From positions 25,029 to 89,028 of the forward strand of contig JAJDYL010000218.1 in the NCBI GenBank assembly GCA_022825195.1: 64,000 nt of DNA. Reading direction: 5' to 3'. This stretch comes from Alphaproteobacteria bacterium (lineage in GTDB: Bacteria > Pseudomonadota > Alphaproteobacteria > Bin95). A model generated the notes under the pieces. The model was not told where the DNA came from, ran no database searches, and saw only the letters and a program-made list of their open reading frames with translations. Positions 34,724-45,192 of this stretch are shown in pieces (the stretch's first letter is position 1; every line of letters starts with the position of its first letter). Both the position numbers and the translations under genes were made by a program.

Positions 34724-34830
34724 GGCTTCACCATATAGCCGCGCCCGCCTGCCCCGTCGAGACGGCGCAGCCCTTGACCCTTCGCCTTCCCGTGCGGATA
34801 AACCGCCCGCCGATTATGGAACGGTGGACC

Positions 34831-35847
34831 ATGAAGCGAATTTTCTCCGGCATCCAGCCGACCGGAAACCTGCATCTCGGGAATTATCTGGGCGCCATCC
34901 GCAACTGGGTGGGGATGCAGCGGGACTTCGATTTCAACTGCATTTTCTGCATCGTGGACCTGCACGCAATCACGGTCCCGCAGGACCCGGCGGAACTGAC
35001 CGCCAACACCCGCGAGGTGACGGCGGCCTTCATCGCGTCGGGAATCGACCCGGAGCGTTGCATCGTCTTCAATCAGAGCATGGTGTCGGGCCATGCCGAG
35101 CTCGCCTGGGTGCTCAACTGCCATGCGCCTATGGGCTGGCTCAACCGCATGACCCAGTTCAAGGAGAAGGCCGGCAAACGCCGCGACGCCGCGGCGGTCG
35201 GGCTCTTCGCCTATCCGGTGCTGATGGCCGCCGACATCCTGCTCTACCGCGCGAGCGACGTGCCGGTCGGCGAGGACCAGAAACAGCATCTCGAGCTTTC
35301 GCGCGATGTCGCGGGCGCCTTCAACCGCCATTATGGCTGCGAGGCGTTCGTGCTCCCGGAACCGCGCATATTCGGCGCGGCGACGAGGGTGATGAGCCTC
35401 CGCGACGGCAATGCCAAGATGAGCAAGTCCGACCCCTCGCCCAACTCCCGCATCAACCTCTCCGACGATGCGGACGCCATTGCGCAGAAGATCCGCCGGG
35501 CGAAGACGGACCCGGAGCCGCTGCCGGGCGAGCCCGGCGGGCTCGAAGACCGGCCGGAAGCGGCGAACCTGGTCGGCATCCATGCCGCGCTTGCGGATTG
35601 CGACGAAGCGGCGGTCTGCCGCGAGTTCGGCGGACGCGGCTTTTCCGATTTCAAGGCCGCGCTTTCCGATCTGGCCGTGGAGGTGCTGTCCCCGGTAACG
35701 GCCGAGATGCGCCGCCTGATGGCCGACCCGGCCTATATCGACGGCGTGCTGGCGGACGGGGCGTCGCGGGCCGATGCCATCGCCTCAGCGACGATGAGCG
35801 AGGTCAGGGACATTGTCGGCTTCCTGACGCCCCGGCGCGGCGCATGA
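34831..35847 (+). CDS. trpS: Tryptophan-tRNA ligase
   Basis: [32 protein letters not shown]. Confidence 0.97.
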   Translation: MKRIFSGIQPTGNLHLGNYLGAIRNWVGMQRDFDFNCIFCIVDLHAITVPQDPAELTANTREVTAAFIASGIDPERCIVFNQSMVSGHAELAWVLNCHAPMGWLNRMTQFKEKAGKRRDAAAVGLFAYPVLMAADILLYRASDVPVGEDQKQHLELSRDVAGAFNRHYGCEAFVLPEPRIFGAATRVMSLRDGNAKMSKSDPSPNSRINLSDDADAIAQKIRRAKTDPEPLPGEPGGLEDRPEAANLVGIHAALADCDEAAVCREFGGRGFSDFKAALSDLAVEVLSPVTAEMRRLMADPAYIDGVLADGASRADAIASATMSEVRDIVGFLTPRRGA

Positions 35848-36479
35848 AAAAGGCGGAGGTCGAGACCTTGTTCGACCGGCTGGCGGCCGCGCTGCCGGAG
35901 CCGCAGGGGGAGCTGCACTACGTCAATCCCTATACGCTGCTGGTCGCCGTCGTGCTGTCGGCCCAGGCGACCGATGTCGGCGTCAACAGGGCAACGAAGA
36001 CGCTGTTCGCCGACGCCGACACGCCGGAAGCCATGCTTGCGCTCGGCGAGGAAGGCGTCCGCCATCACATCCGCACCATCGGGCTCTTCAACGCCAAGGC
36101 GCGGAATGTCATCGGGCTCTCGCGTATCCTGGTGGCGGAGCATGGCGGCGCCGTGCCCGAGAGCCGGGAGGCGCTGGAGCGCCTGCCGGGCGTCGGCCGC
36201 AAAACAGCGAATGTCGTGCTCAACACTGCGTTCGGCCAACCCACCATTGCGGTGGACACGCATATCTTCCGCGTCGGCAACCGCACCGGCCTCGCACCCG
36301 GCAAGACGCCGCTGGAAGTGGAGAAGAAGCTCCTGCGGCGCGTGCCGGCGCACCGCAAGCTGCACGCCCACCACTGGCTGATCCTGCACGGGCGCTACGT
36401 TTGCAAGGCGCGGAAGCCCGATTGCCCGGCCTGCACGGTCGCCGATCTCTGCCGCTTCAAGGGCAAGACAACGGTTTGA
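35844..36479 (+). CDS. nth: Endonuclease III
   Basis: [19 protein letters not shown] HhH motif, VDTH, C-x6-C-x2-C-x5-C cluster; ATGA overlap with trpS. Confidence 0.96.
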   Translation: MKKAEVETLFDRLAAALPEPQGELHYVNPYTLLVAVVLSAQATDVGVNRATKTLFADADTPEAMLALGEEGVRHHIRTIGLFNAKARNVIGLSRILVAEHGGAVPESREALERLPGVGRKTANVVLNTAFGQPTIAVDTHIFRVGNRTGLAPGKTPLEVEKKLLRRVPAHRKLHAHHWLILHGRYVCKARKPDCPACTVADLCRFKGKTTV

Positions 36480-36492
36480 AAGGCGGTATCGC

Positions 36493-37434
36493 CTATTTCA
36501 GTTCCACGGCATAGGTCTCCACCGGCGGCAGGGAGTCCACCAGGCCGCGCTCCACGACGAACTCGGCGAACCGCTCGTAGCGCCGCCGGTCGAGCGCCGC
36601 CGGGCGCAGGGCGAAACGCGGCAGAGTGTCCCGCCAGGCGCGCCGGTTGAGCTCGTCGTCGAGGTCCTTGCGGTCGCCGGCGATGAACAGCGCCCAGGCC
36701 TCGTCGGGATGGTTGATCATGTACTGGACGCCGCGTTCCACCGCGTCCACGAAGGCGCGGTAGGCGGGCCGGTCCAGCGTGTCCTTGTGCGCGACGACGA
36801 TCAGCTCGTCATAGGGGGGCACGCCCTCCTCCTCCAGATAGAAGGCGCGGCCCGGATGGCCCACGATATCCATCTGGTTCAGCTCGAAATTGCGGAAGGC
36901 GCCGATTACGGCATCGACCTGTCCGGCAATCAGCGAAGGCGACAGCGACCAGTTGACGTTCACCTTCTCGATGTCGTCCATCGTGAGGCCGTGGGGCTGA
37001 AGCACGCCTTCGAGCAGGGCGTCTTCCAGCCCCGCCACGGAATAGCCCACCCGCTTGCCCTTGAGGTCGGCAATCGTGCGGATCGAGCTGTCGTCGAGCA
37101 CTACGATGGTGTTCAGCGGCGTGGCCACCAGGGTGGCGATCCGCACGAGCGGCAGGCCCGCCGCCGCCTGCATGTGCAATTGCGGCTGGTAGGAGACCGC
37201 GAGGTCCGCCTTGCCGGCCGCCACGATCTTCGGCGGGTCGTTCGGGTCCGCGGGTGGCACGAACTCGACCGTAAGGCTGGCCTCCGCAAAATAGCCGCGC
37301 TCCTGCGCCACATAGAGCGGCCCGTGGTCCGGATTGATGAACCAGTCGAGCAACACGGTGAGCTTCTCTTCCGCCGCCGCCGGGGAAGCGGCAAGCAGGC
37401 ACGCGGCGGCAAGCGCCGGGACGCGGATGTTCAT
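36493..37434 (-). CDS. ThiY/NMT1-THI5-like ABC substrate-binding protein (thiamine precursor)
   Basis: Signal peptide, LDWFINPDH, SYQPQ, GAFRNFE; in a TPP-riboswitch operon. Confidence 0.88.
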   Translation of the reverse strand: MNIRVPALAAACLLAASPAAAEEKLTVLLDWFINPDHGPLYVAQERGYFAEASLTVEFVPPADPNDPPKIVAAGKADLAVSYQPQLHMQAAAGLPLVRIATLVATPLNTIVVLDDSSIRTIADLKGKRVGYSVAGLEDALLEGVLQPHGLTMDDIEKVNVNWSLSPSLIAGQVDAVIGAFRNFELNQMDIVGHPGRAFYLEEEGVPPYDELIVVAHKDTLDRPAYRAFVDAVERGVQYMINHPDEAWALFIAGDRKDLDDELNRRAWRDTLPRFALRPAALDRRRYERFAEFVVERGLVDSLPPVETYAVELK

Positions 37435-38210
37435 GGTTCTACGGGTTCCTTTTCGTGCTCGCGCCACAGAGTGTCGACCTGCCAGGGCACCGCAAGGCGG
37501 AGCAGGCGGTCGACGGTGAAGTAGAGGATGAGCGCCATCGCCGCGAGGACGACCAGCGCGGCGAATATCAGGTCGACCTGCATGCGCGCATTGGCGTGCA
37601 GCATGAGGTAGCCGAGGCCGGCCGAAGCCCCGACCCACTCCCCGACCACGGCTCCGATGGGGGCGACTGCCGTCGCCACGCGCAGGCCGGAAGCGCAGGC
37701 CGGCAAGGCAGCCGGAATGCGCAGGCGAAGAAGCTGGCGCCAGCGCGAGGCGCCCATGCTGCGCGCGAGATCGAGCCAGCCGGGGTCCGTCCGGGACAGG
37801 CCGTCATAGAAGGCCGCCGTCACCGGGAAGAAGATGATGAGCACCGCCATCGCCACCTTGGAGGCCATGCCGTAGCCGAGCCAGAGCACGAGCACCGGCG
37901 CGATGGCGAACACGGGCACAGCCTGGCTCGCAACGAGGACGGGCAGCAGCCAGAGGCGGGCCGGACGGACATGGGCGATCACCAGCGCTGAAAACGCGCC
38001 AAGCGCAGCCCCGAGGCCGAGACCGAGCAGGATTTCGGCGAGCGTCGTGCCCGCATGCGACAGCAGCAGGCCGGTGTGACCGGCCACCGCCGCCGCGACA
38101 GCCAGCGGCCCCGGAAGGATGAAAGGCTGGGCCCCGGTTGCCGATACGACCGCCTGCCAGACGAGCAGCAGCCCCGCCGCCACAACTGCCATGCGCAGCG
38201 CCGCCTTCAT
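37431..38210 (-). CDS. ABC permease (ThiX/SsuC-like)
   Basis: FILPGP, SQAVPVFAIAP, IGAVVGEWVG. Confidence 0.88.
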   Translation of the reverse strand: MKAALRMAVVAAGLLLVWQAVVSATGAQPFILPGPLAVAAAVAGHTGLLLSHAGTTLAEILLGLGLGAALGAFSALVIAHVRPARLWLLPVLVASQAVPVFAIAPVLVLWLGYGMASKVAMAVLIIFFPVTAAFYDGLSRTDPGWLDLARSMGASRWRQLLRLRIPAALPACASGLRVATAVAPIGAVVGEWVGASAGLGYLMLHANARMQVDLIFAALVVLAAMALILYFTVDRLLRLAVPWQVDTLWREHEKEPVEP

Positions 38211-38923
38211 GCCGCGAGCCTCGCCAGCAGGTCGCCCTGCGCCGCCAGGACGGCCGGATCGCGCACGTCCCGCGGCGGCGCCAGGTCGGGCACCGGCAGG
38301 GACTCCAGCGCGGCCGGGCGTCCGGTCATCACATGGACACGGTCCCCGAGCCGCAGCGCTTCCAGCGGGTCGTGGGTCACGAGCAGCACGGTTCGCCCCG
38401 CCAGCATCCGCGCGGCCAGATCCTGCGCCGCATGGCGCGTGATGGCGTCGAGGCTGCTGAAGGGCTCGTCCATCAGCACTACCGGGCGGTCTTCCATCAG
38501 CGTGCGGACCAGCGCGACGCGCTGGCGTTCGCCGCCCGACAGCGTCGCCGGCAGCGCTTGCAGGCCATGTTCGAGGCCGACATCGGCCAGCAACCGGCGC
38601 GCGCGGTCGAAGTCCGGCCGCTCGCCGCGCAAACGCGCGCCCAGCACCGCATTTTCGAGGGAGTTGGCCCAGGGCAGCAGCAGGTCGCTCTGGCCCATAT
38701 AGGCGACAGGACCGGTGCGTACGCGACCCGCGGCCGCGCCGTCCAGTCCCGCGATCAACCGGAGCAGGCTTGTCTTGCCGACGCCGCTCGGCCCCAGCAG
38801 GCAGGTCCAGAGCCCCGCCTCCAGGCGAACGTCGAGTTCGTCGAACAGGGGCGCACCGCCATAGGAGAGCGCGGCGCCTCGAATATCGACGGCAAACTCT
38901 ATGTCCGGTGCAGCCTCGCCCAC
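38207..38923 (-). CDS. ABC ATP-binding protein (ThiZ-like)
   Basis: GPSGVGKT, LSGGERQR, MDEPFSSLD, VTHD. Confidence 0.9.
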   Translation of the reverse strand: MGEAAPDIEFAVDIRGAALSYGGAPLFDELDVRLEAGLWTCLLGPSGVGKTSLLRLIAGLDGAAAGRVRTGPVAYMGQSDLLLPWANSLENAVLGARLRGERPDFDRARRLLADVGLEHGLQALPATLSGGERQRVALVRTLMEDRPVVLMDEPFSSLDAITRHAAQDLAARMLAGRTVLLVTHDPLEALRLGDRVHVMTGRPAALESLPVPDLAPPRDVRDPAVLAAQGDLLARLAA

Positions 38924-38924
38924 A

Positions 38925-39020
38925 CGCTCCCTCCGCCGGTACTAGCCGGATCAGGTTCCTGGGGTCGTCCCGTAGGCGGGACCTCTCAGCCGCGCAGAGG
39001 CGGCTCCCCCGAGTGGAGCG
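38925..39020 (-). promoter_or_regulatory. TPP riboswitch
   Basis: Reverse complement CGCTCC..GGGG...GCTGAGA...ACCC..GAACCTGATCCGGCTAGTACCGGCGGAGGGAGCG directly before the GTG start. Confidence 0.93.
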
Positions 39021-39071
39021 GTGAGGATGGACGCCGCCCGAGGCTTTGGCAAGGCCCCACGCCCGGGGCGC

Positions 39072-39494
39072 CTAAAGCACGGCTTCCTGGAGCGACTGGA
39101 TGAATTGGATACCGCGGACGTTCTTGCGGGCCAGGCGCTTGTCATTCGTGATGAACAGGTCGGTTCCCGCAGCGGCCGCGCAGGCAAGCTGGATGGCATC
39201 CGGCGGCCGGATCGAGCGGTCCCGGCGAATCTCCGCGAAGGCGCGGGCGGCGGCATGGTCGAAAGGCAGGATCGCAGCCGCCGTTTCCATCGCCTGCGTG
39301 TAGCGGCGCGCCAGGTCCTTGCGCCCTGCATCGAGAGGTTTGACGAGGAGTTCGCCTAGCGTGAGCGTGGAGGTGAGCAACCGGTCCCGCCTCTCGATCA
39401 TTCGCCGGCGAAGCGCCGCAACGCGCTCCGCCTCGTCGTCTGCGCCCTCGAAAAGATAGATGAACAGGTTGGTGTCCCAGAATATCCGGCTCAT
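39072..39494 (-). CDS. PIN-domain (VapC-like) toxin
   Basis: FWDTNLFIY, TLGELL, DAIQLA.A, ITND acidic motifs; ATGA overlap with upstream gene. Confidence 0.88.
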   Translation of the reverse strand: MSRIFWDTNLFIYLFEGADDEAERVAALRRRMIERRDRLLTSTLTLGELLVKPLDAGRKDLARRYTQAMETAAAILPFDHAAARAFAEIRRDRSIRPPDAIQLACAAAAGTDLFITNDKRLARKNVRGIQFIQSLQEAVL

Positions 39495-40021
39495 TCCCAA
39501 CCCTCGCGAAGACGCCGGACATAGGCGTCGGCGCCCTCATCCGCCCAGATTTCCCTGCCGCTGCCCGCCAGGGCGAGAAGCGGGTCGACAACAGGCCAAA
39601 CGCCCGCCGCTTCGTTCATGGCTAACTCCGGTTCGCCGTCGCCATGGGCTGCCTGCGTCAGATAGTCGTCATGGTACCAGTCGAGCAGTTCCCGACAGGC
39701 AGGCGGCAGCGCCTCCCGGTCGGGAAGCGACGCGCCGGAAAGCCGGCCCGGGTGGCAGTCGTCGCCCGGCCGGTAGAGACGGCGGCGCCCTCTCGATGTT
39801 TCGGTCAGCATTCTCAGCCGGGCGGATTGAGGCCTCTTGCCGGCGACGCAATGAACGGATACGTGCGTCTGGACGCTTGGGCCGTGCATCCCCCATGCCG
39901 CGCTTAGCGCCAGGACCTGTGCGACGATTTCCGCAACCGGAAAATCCTCGCGGTCCGGACGCGCCCGGTGAAGCATGGCCGCCGCAATCCACACCGCATC
40001 CGCCACTTTGACGGCCGCCAT
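39491..40021 (-). CDS. Putative antitoxin/regulator (176 aa)
   Basis: Translationally coupled to the PIN gene; C-terminal LAGSGREIWADEGADAYVRRLREGWE resembles VapB-type tails. Confidence 0.7.
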   Translation of the reverse strand: MAAVKVADAVWIAAAMLHRARPDREDFPVAEIVAQVLALSAAWGMHGPSVQTHVSVHCVAGKRPQSARLRMLTETSRGRRRLYRPGDDCHPGRLSGASLPDREALPPACRELLDWYHDDYLTQAAHGDGEPELAMNEAAGVWPVVDPLLALAGSGREIWADEGADAYVRRLREGWE

Positions 40022-40111
40022 TCCGTATCTCCCCACCTCGCAATTGCCAAGCAGGAACGAAAATACCGGTTCATATATTTAAAAACAATAAAAAATAAAT
40101 TGCCTGGCTGT

Positions 40112-41119
40112 CTACAAGTCCGAGACGGTGGCAGCCTTGCCCCGCTCCGGCCTGTCAATGCGGCGCCGGACGGCGTCCTCGATGCTGCCGAGAATGCCCT
40201 TGGGCAGGAAGACGATGAACAGCACGAGCGCCACGCCGTAGATCGCATTGTCGAGGCCGACGGCGTCGGTGCCGATGTAGATGCGCAGGATTTCGGCCAG
40301 CAGCAGCGTGATGATGGCGCCGAAGGTCGGGCCGAACTGGGTGAATACCCCGCCCGCGACGACAGCGAAGACGATCTGGAGCGAGATGCCGATGCCGCTC
40401 ACCGTGTCGGGCGCAACGAACAGCTGGTACTGCACATACATGGCCCCGCCGAAAGCCGTCATGACGGCGGAGAGCACGGTGATCTTCAGCTTTTCCCAGG
40501 TGACATTGATGCCGGCGGCGGCGGCGCTGTCCTCGTCCTCGCTTATCGCATCCAGGGCGTTGCGGACCATCGAACGGTCCACCGCCCGCCAGATGAGCAG
40601 CCCCACGAGCCAGACGAAGACGACGATGAGGAACCAGGTCTCCTTGTCTTCGAACTGCAGCGCGATATAGCCGGGCGTTTCGTCGTTGCCCTTCGGCGTG
40701 GGCGTGAAGCCGAGCGAACCGCCGGTGTGGTCGCGCGTCGCGATCACCGTCTGCCGCACGACCTCCGTCAGCGCCAGGGTCACGAGCGCGAAATAGTGGC
40801 CCGTAATGCGGAACTTGAAGCAGGGATAGCCGACGATCACGGCAAGCAGGGCGGCGAGCGCGAGCGCGATCGGGATGCCGAGCCACGGCGTCATGCCGGC
40901 ATAGTTCCAGAGCAGCGCGGTCGCGTAAGCGCCGAGGCCCATGAACGCGCCGTGCCCGAGCGACACCAGGCCGAAACGGCCCATGAGCGACCAGCCGGTA
41001 TAGGTGAACGACCATATCAGGATCACGATCATGATATGCAGCGGATAGGACGGGATGCCGATCAGGGCCGCGACGGCAAGCAGCGCCGCGAAAACGATCG
41101 GCAGGACGAGGCCGTTCAC
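40112..41119 (-). CDS. Branched-chain amino acid ABC permease (LivM-like)
   Basis: SLGHGAFMG.GAY, YFALVTLA, AISEDEDSAAAAGIN. Confidence 0.88.
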   Translation of the reverse strand: MNGLVLPIVFAALLAVAALIGIPSYPLHIMIVILIWSFTYTGWSLMGRFGLVSLGHGAFMGLGAYATALLWNYAGMTPWLGIPIALALAALLAVIVGYPCFKFRITGHYFALVTLALTEVVRQTVIATRDHTGGSLGFTPTPKGNDETPGYIALQFEDKETWFLIVVFVWLVGLLIWRAVDRSMVRNALDAISEDEDSAAAAGINVTWEKLKITVLSAVMTAFGGAMYVQYQLFVAPDTVSGIGISLQIVFAVVAGGVFTQFGPTFGAIITLLLAEILRIYIGTDAVGLDNAIYGVALVLFIVFLPKGILGSIEDAVRRRIDRPERGKAATVSDL

Positions 41120-42090
41120 GACCGCCGCCCCATTATGCCCTCGGGCCGGACGAACATCATCGCGATGAAGAAGGCGAAGGCGAACACATAGCCCCACTCA
41201 AGGTCGAAATGGTAGCCGCCGAGCGCAATCAGTTCCGACAGGATGAAGGCGGCTATGAAACCGCCCACCATGTTCCCGAGGCCGCCGAGCACGCAGATCA
41301 TGAAAGTGATCGGCCCGAAGCTGAGCCCGACGAAAGGATGCACATCGTATTGCAGCACGAGCAGGCAGGCCGCGAGGCCGGCAAGGCCGCCGCCTATGGC
41401 GCTCGAGATCAGGTAGAGCCGGCCCTGGGCCGCGCCCATGAGCGTCATGATCTCGCGGTCCTGGCTGATGGCGCGGATCGCCGTACCCATGAAGGTGCGG
41501 GTGAGGAAGAGGTAGAGGAATATCACGCAGCCGGCGGCGACGATAAAAGCGGCGAGCCGCGACCAGGAAATGTAGATGTCCTCGGTGAGCGGAAACGAGC
41601 CGAGCGAGACGCCGAGATTGCGAAAGTCGATGCCGAAGGCGAGCGTGGCGACGCTCTGGAAGAAGAACAGCAGGCCGCCGGTCGCCAGCAACTGGTTGAT
41701 CGGCGCCGAATCCAGCAGGTGGCGGATGACCAGGTGATGCACCGCATAGCCGATCAGCGCCGTCAGCAGGATGCCCGCCGGCATTGCGAGCAGCAGCGGC
41801 ACGCCATAGACGCTGTGCAGATAGTAGATGCCGTACATGCCCAGCATCACGATCTCGGCGTAGCAGATCCAGACGACATCGACGACGCCGAAGATCAGGT
41901 TCAGGCCGAGAGACAGCAGGGCCAGGACGCCGCCGAGCAGCAGCCCGTTAATCATCGCCTCGTAGAGGAAGACATCGGAGACCGCGAAACCGAGATCGCC
42001 CTCCCGGATGATGGCAGGCACGTAGGCCAGGCACGCGAACAGCGTTGCGGCGATAACCACAAGCCAGACGCGGGTATCGATCTTGCCCAT
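41116..42090 (-). CDS. Branched-chain amino acid ABC permease (LivH-like)
   Basis: LGLNLIFGV, GTAIRAISQD, VLGGLG. Confidence 0.88.
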   Translation of the reverse strand: MGKIDTRVWLVVIAATLFACLAYVPAIIREGDLGFAVSDVFLYEAMINGLLLGGVLALLSLGLNLIFGVVDVVWICYAEIVMLGMYGIYYLHSVYGVPLLLAMPAGILLTALIGYAVHHLVIRHLLDSAPINQLLATGGLLFFFQSVATLAFGIDFRNLGVSLGSFPLTEDIYISWSRLAAFIVAAGCVIFLYLFLTRTFMGTAIRAISQDREIMTLMGAAQGRLYLISSAIGGGLAGLAACLLVLQYDVHPFVGLSFGPITFMICVLGGLGNMVGGFIAAFILSELIALGGYHFDLEWGYVFAFAFFIAMMFVRPEGIMGRRS

Positions 42091-42121
42091 TCCCGTTCCC
42101 CGTCTCCCGAAACGCCCGGCG

Positions 42122-42826
42122 TCAAAGGCCCATATAAAGGCGGCGTATGTCGTCGCTCGCGGCCAGTTCTTCCGCCGAGCCGCTCATGCGGATCGAGCCC
42201 GCTTCCAGCACATAGGCACGGTCCACGACGCGCAGCACCTGCTGCACATTCTGCTCCACGATGAGCACCGTCAGCCCTTGCTCCCGGATGACCCGGACCA
42301 GTTCGAAAATGCGCTGCACGATCACCGGCGCGAGCCCGGCCGAGGGTTCGTCCAGCAGCAGCAGCTTGGGCTCGCTCATCAGCGCGCGTCCGATGGCGCA
42401 CATCTGCTGTTCGCCGCCGGAGAGCGTGCCGGCCAGCTGGTGGCGGCGCTCTTTCATGCGCGGGAACAGGTCATAGACGAAGTCGAGCCGCCGGGCGTAG
42501 GCGGCGCGGGCGGAGGGCACGAATGCGCCCATACGCAGATTGTCTTCCACCGACATGCGCGGAAAGAGGCGCCGGTGCTCCGGAACATGCGCAATCCCGA
42601 GTTCCACGATGCGGTGCGGCGGCGTGGCGACGAGGTCCCGCCCTTCCATGTCCATACGGCCGCCACGCGCCGGAATGAGGCCGGAGATGACCCGCATCAG
42701 CGTGGTCTTGCCCGCGCCGTTCGGGCCGATCACGGCGACGGCCTCGCCGGCCTTCACCTCGAGCGTGCAGTCGAACAGCGCCTGGAACGTGCCGTAGCCG
42801 GCATCGACATTGGAGAGTGCGAGCAT
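42122..42826 (-). CDS. ABC ATP-binding protein (LivF-like)
   Basis: GPNGAGKTT, AGTLSGGEQQM, DEPS.GLAP, VEQN. Confidence 0.92.
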   Translation of the reverse strand: MLALSNVDAGYGTFQALFDCTLEVKAGEAVAVIGPNGAGKTTLMRVISGLIPARGGRMDMEGRDLVATPPHRIVELGIAHVPEHRRLFPRMSVEDNLRMGAFVPSARAAYARRLDFVYDLFPRMKERRHQLAGTLSGGEQQMCAIGRALMSEPKLLLLDEPSAGLAPVIVQRIFELVRVIREQGLTVLIVEQNVQQVLRVVDRAYVLEAGSIRMSGSAEELAASDDIRRLYMGL

Positions 42827-42850
42827 AGGGTTTCGGCGTTCCGCCCCGTC

Positions 42851-43600
42851 TCAACCGGGCGCTGCCGCTGCGCCGGTATCGACCGTATCCGTCCCCAGAT
42901 AGACCTCGATCACCCGCGGGTCGTTCGCCACTTCGGCAGGCGTGCCCTCCGATATCTTCTCGCCGTGGTCGAGAACCATCACCCGGTCCACAACTCGCAT
43001 CAGCACTCCCATGATGTGCTCGACCCAGATCACCGTGATTCCCATCTCCGCCCGTATCTTGCCGAGCATGTCCGCCGCCTGGTCCATCTCGCTGTCGTCC
43101 AGTCCTCCGAGGCTCTCATCGGCCAGCAGCAGGCGGGGCTTGGTCGCCAGCGCCTTGGCAAGTTCGAGCTTCTTGAGGCCGGCGGCGCCGAGGCTGCCTG
43201 TCTCGGCCCTGGGGTCGGTCGGCAGTCCGACCATTTCGAGCGCCTCTTCCGCCGCCTGCCACGCCTCCGCCCGGCTGACGCGGTCCTGCCCGTAATATCC
43301 GGCGAGCGCCGCATTCTCCAGGATCGACAAGCGCCGGAACGGACGCGGTATCTGGAAGGTGCGACCGATGCCCAGATGGACGATCCGGTGCGGCATCAAC
43401 CCCGCCAGTTCCCGGCCCTCGAACAGGATCGACCCTGCCGAGGGCGGGAAGGCTCCGGCGAGCATGTTGAAGATCGTGCTCTTGCCGGAGCCGTTGGGGC
43501 CGATCAGCCCCAGGATTTCGCCCTGCTCGACATCGAAGGAGACATCGTTCACGGCCGTGAAACCGCCGAAGTGCTTATAGAGGTGTTCGACGGCCAGCAC
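42851..43600 (-). CDS. ABC ATP-binding protein (LivG-like)
   Basis: GPNGSGKST, RTFQ, VEH, VIEVYLG. Confidence 0.9.
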   Translation of the reverse strand: MLAVEHLYKHFGGFTAVNDVSFDVEQGEILGLIGPNGSGKSTIFNMLAGAFPPSAGSILFEGRELAGLMPHRIVHLGIGRTFQIPRPFRRLSILENAALAGYYGQDRVSRAEAWQAAEEALEMVGLPTDPRAETGSLGAAGLKKLELAKALATKPRLLLADESLGGLDDSEMDQAADMLGKIRAEMGITVIWVEHIMGVLMRVVDRVMVLDHGEKISEGTPAEVANDPRVIEVYLGTDTVDTGAAAAPG

Positions 43601-43642
43601 GGCTCGACCCGCCTCCCGCGATACGCTTCGATGCGCGGCCGG

Positions 43643-44956
43643 TCACTTCGCGTAAGGCGAGGAGTCCGGCAAGGGCAGGACGGGATCGATGGTCTGCAGC
43701 GCCTTCGGCCAGGCCACCTTGATCTCTTCGTTCACATACTGGACGACGACCGGGAAGGCCTCGGTGTTCTGGCCGTCCATGGCGCTCCCCGGTTCCGGGA
43801 ACTTGACGCCGAAGCCGAGCAGGGTGCCGCCGACCGGAATATCGGTCTCCAGCGCCGCAGCCCGGAGCGCATCCGCCGAGATGCCGCCATGGTCGCGGAT
43901 CGCGCGCGGCAGCACGTCGGTGAAGAAGACATGCGCGTTGGACGCCGCCATGCCGACATGGGCGGAGATCTTCTTCAGGTCCATGTCGGGCGTGTCGACG
44001 GCCTTGGCATATTCCTTGCCGACCAATTCGGTCACCTCGCCCAGTCCGGCCGCGAGCGACGCCGGGTCCAGCAGCCAGATGGACACCGGATCGACGTTGA
44101 AGATGTAGTCGGCGGCATCCCCGAGGGCTTCGTAGAGCTTGGCGGGCACGCCGTAGCCCGCGCCGTGCCCGATGAGCGCGCGGAAGCGCAGCCCCTGCTC
44201 CTGCGCCTGGCGCAGGAACAGCGTGATGTCGGGGTTGTAGCCGGTGTGCAGGATCACGTCCGGGCGGGCGCGCTTCAGCTTGGTGACCAGCGACGACAGG
44301 TCTGGCGCCGTCGTGGCGTAGCCTTCCTTCAGCACGACCTCGAAGCCCTGCTCCTCTGCGCCGGCCTCGTTGCCCGCGGCCACGCCGGAGCCGTAGGGGC
44401 CGTCCTCATGGATGATCGCGACCTTGAGATCCGACGGCTCGATGCCGAGCTTGTCCTTGGAATAGGCGGCAAGGAAGTCGGTCGATGAGGTGCCGAACAT
44501 GCCGCCGTGGACCTGCGGACGGAACACATATTTCAGGTTCCGGTCGCGGAGCACCGCCGGCGAGATGCAGGTGGTGATCCACATGAACTTCTTGAGCTGC
44601 TCCACGCGGGCGGCGACGGGCACGCACTGGGCCGAACTGTAGAAGCCGAGCAGCATGTCCACATTTTCCTGCTCGATCAGCCGGACGGCCTCGTTGATCG
44701 CCACATCGGGCTTGGACTGCGCGTCGGCGTAGATCGGCTCGATCTTGTAGCCTTCGACGCCGCCCTGGGCGTTGATGTAGTCGATCATGATCTTAGCACC
44801 GCGGGCCTGAAGCTCCGACCCGCCGCCGGCCAGCGGCCCCGTATAGTCGTAGATCACGCCGATCTTGATGGTCTTGTCCGCCGCCTGCGCCGTTGCTGCG
44901 GCCGCAAGCGCCGCCGCGCCCGCGACCAGGCCGCGCGCGATTGTCCCGAACTTCAT
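43643..44956 (-). CDS. Liv-type ABC substrate-binding protein
   Basis: Signal peptide, IKIGVIYDYTGPLA, INAQGGVEG; first gene of the Liv-type operon. Confidence 0.88.
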   Translation of the reverse strand: MKFGTIARGLVAGAAALAAAATAQAADKTIKIGVIYDYTGPLAGGGSELQARGAKIMIDYINAQGGVEGYKIEPIYADAQSKPDVAINEAVRLIEQENVDMLLGFYSSAQCVPVAARVEQLKKFMWITTCISPAVLRDRNLKYVFRPQVHGGMFGTSSTDFLAAYSKDKLGIEPSDLKVAIIHEDGPYGSGVAAGNEAGAEEQGFEVVLKEGYATTAPDLSSLVTKLKRARPDVILHTGYNPDITLFLRQAQEQGLRFRALIGHGAGYGVPAKLYEALGDAADYIFNVDPVSIWLLDPASLAAGLGEVTELVGKEYAKAVDTPDMDLKKISAHVGMAASNAHVFFTDVLPRAIRDHGGISADALRAAALETDIPVGGTLLGFGVKFPEPGSAMDGQNTEAFPVVVQYVNEEIKVAWPKALQTIDPVLPLPDSSPYAK

Positions 44957-45098
44957 GGCACCCCCTCCCGGTCTCGCCTGTATGCGCCATTCTATATCAG
45001 CCCCCGCCGGAAGAGTCAGTATCCCGCAACCGCGGCTCCCATCGCATGGACTTTGCGCTTGCGCGCCGCCCGATTTTGCCTATGTTGCGCTGCCTGAC

Positions 45099-45173
45099 GC
45101 GGGAGTAGCTCAGAGGTAGAGCATCACGTTGCCAACGTGAGGGTCGCGAGTTCAAATCTCGTCTCCCGCTCCA
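45099..45173 (+). tRNA. tRNA-Gly(GCC)
   Basis: GCGGGAGTAGCTCAGAGGTAGAGCATCACGTT-GCC-AACGTGA...GTTCAAATC...TCCCGCTCCA. Confidence 0.96.
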
Positions 45174-45192
45174 GACCCTCCCTCAAATTGCC

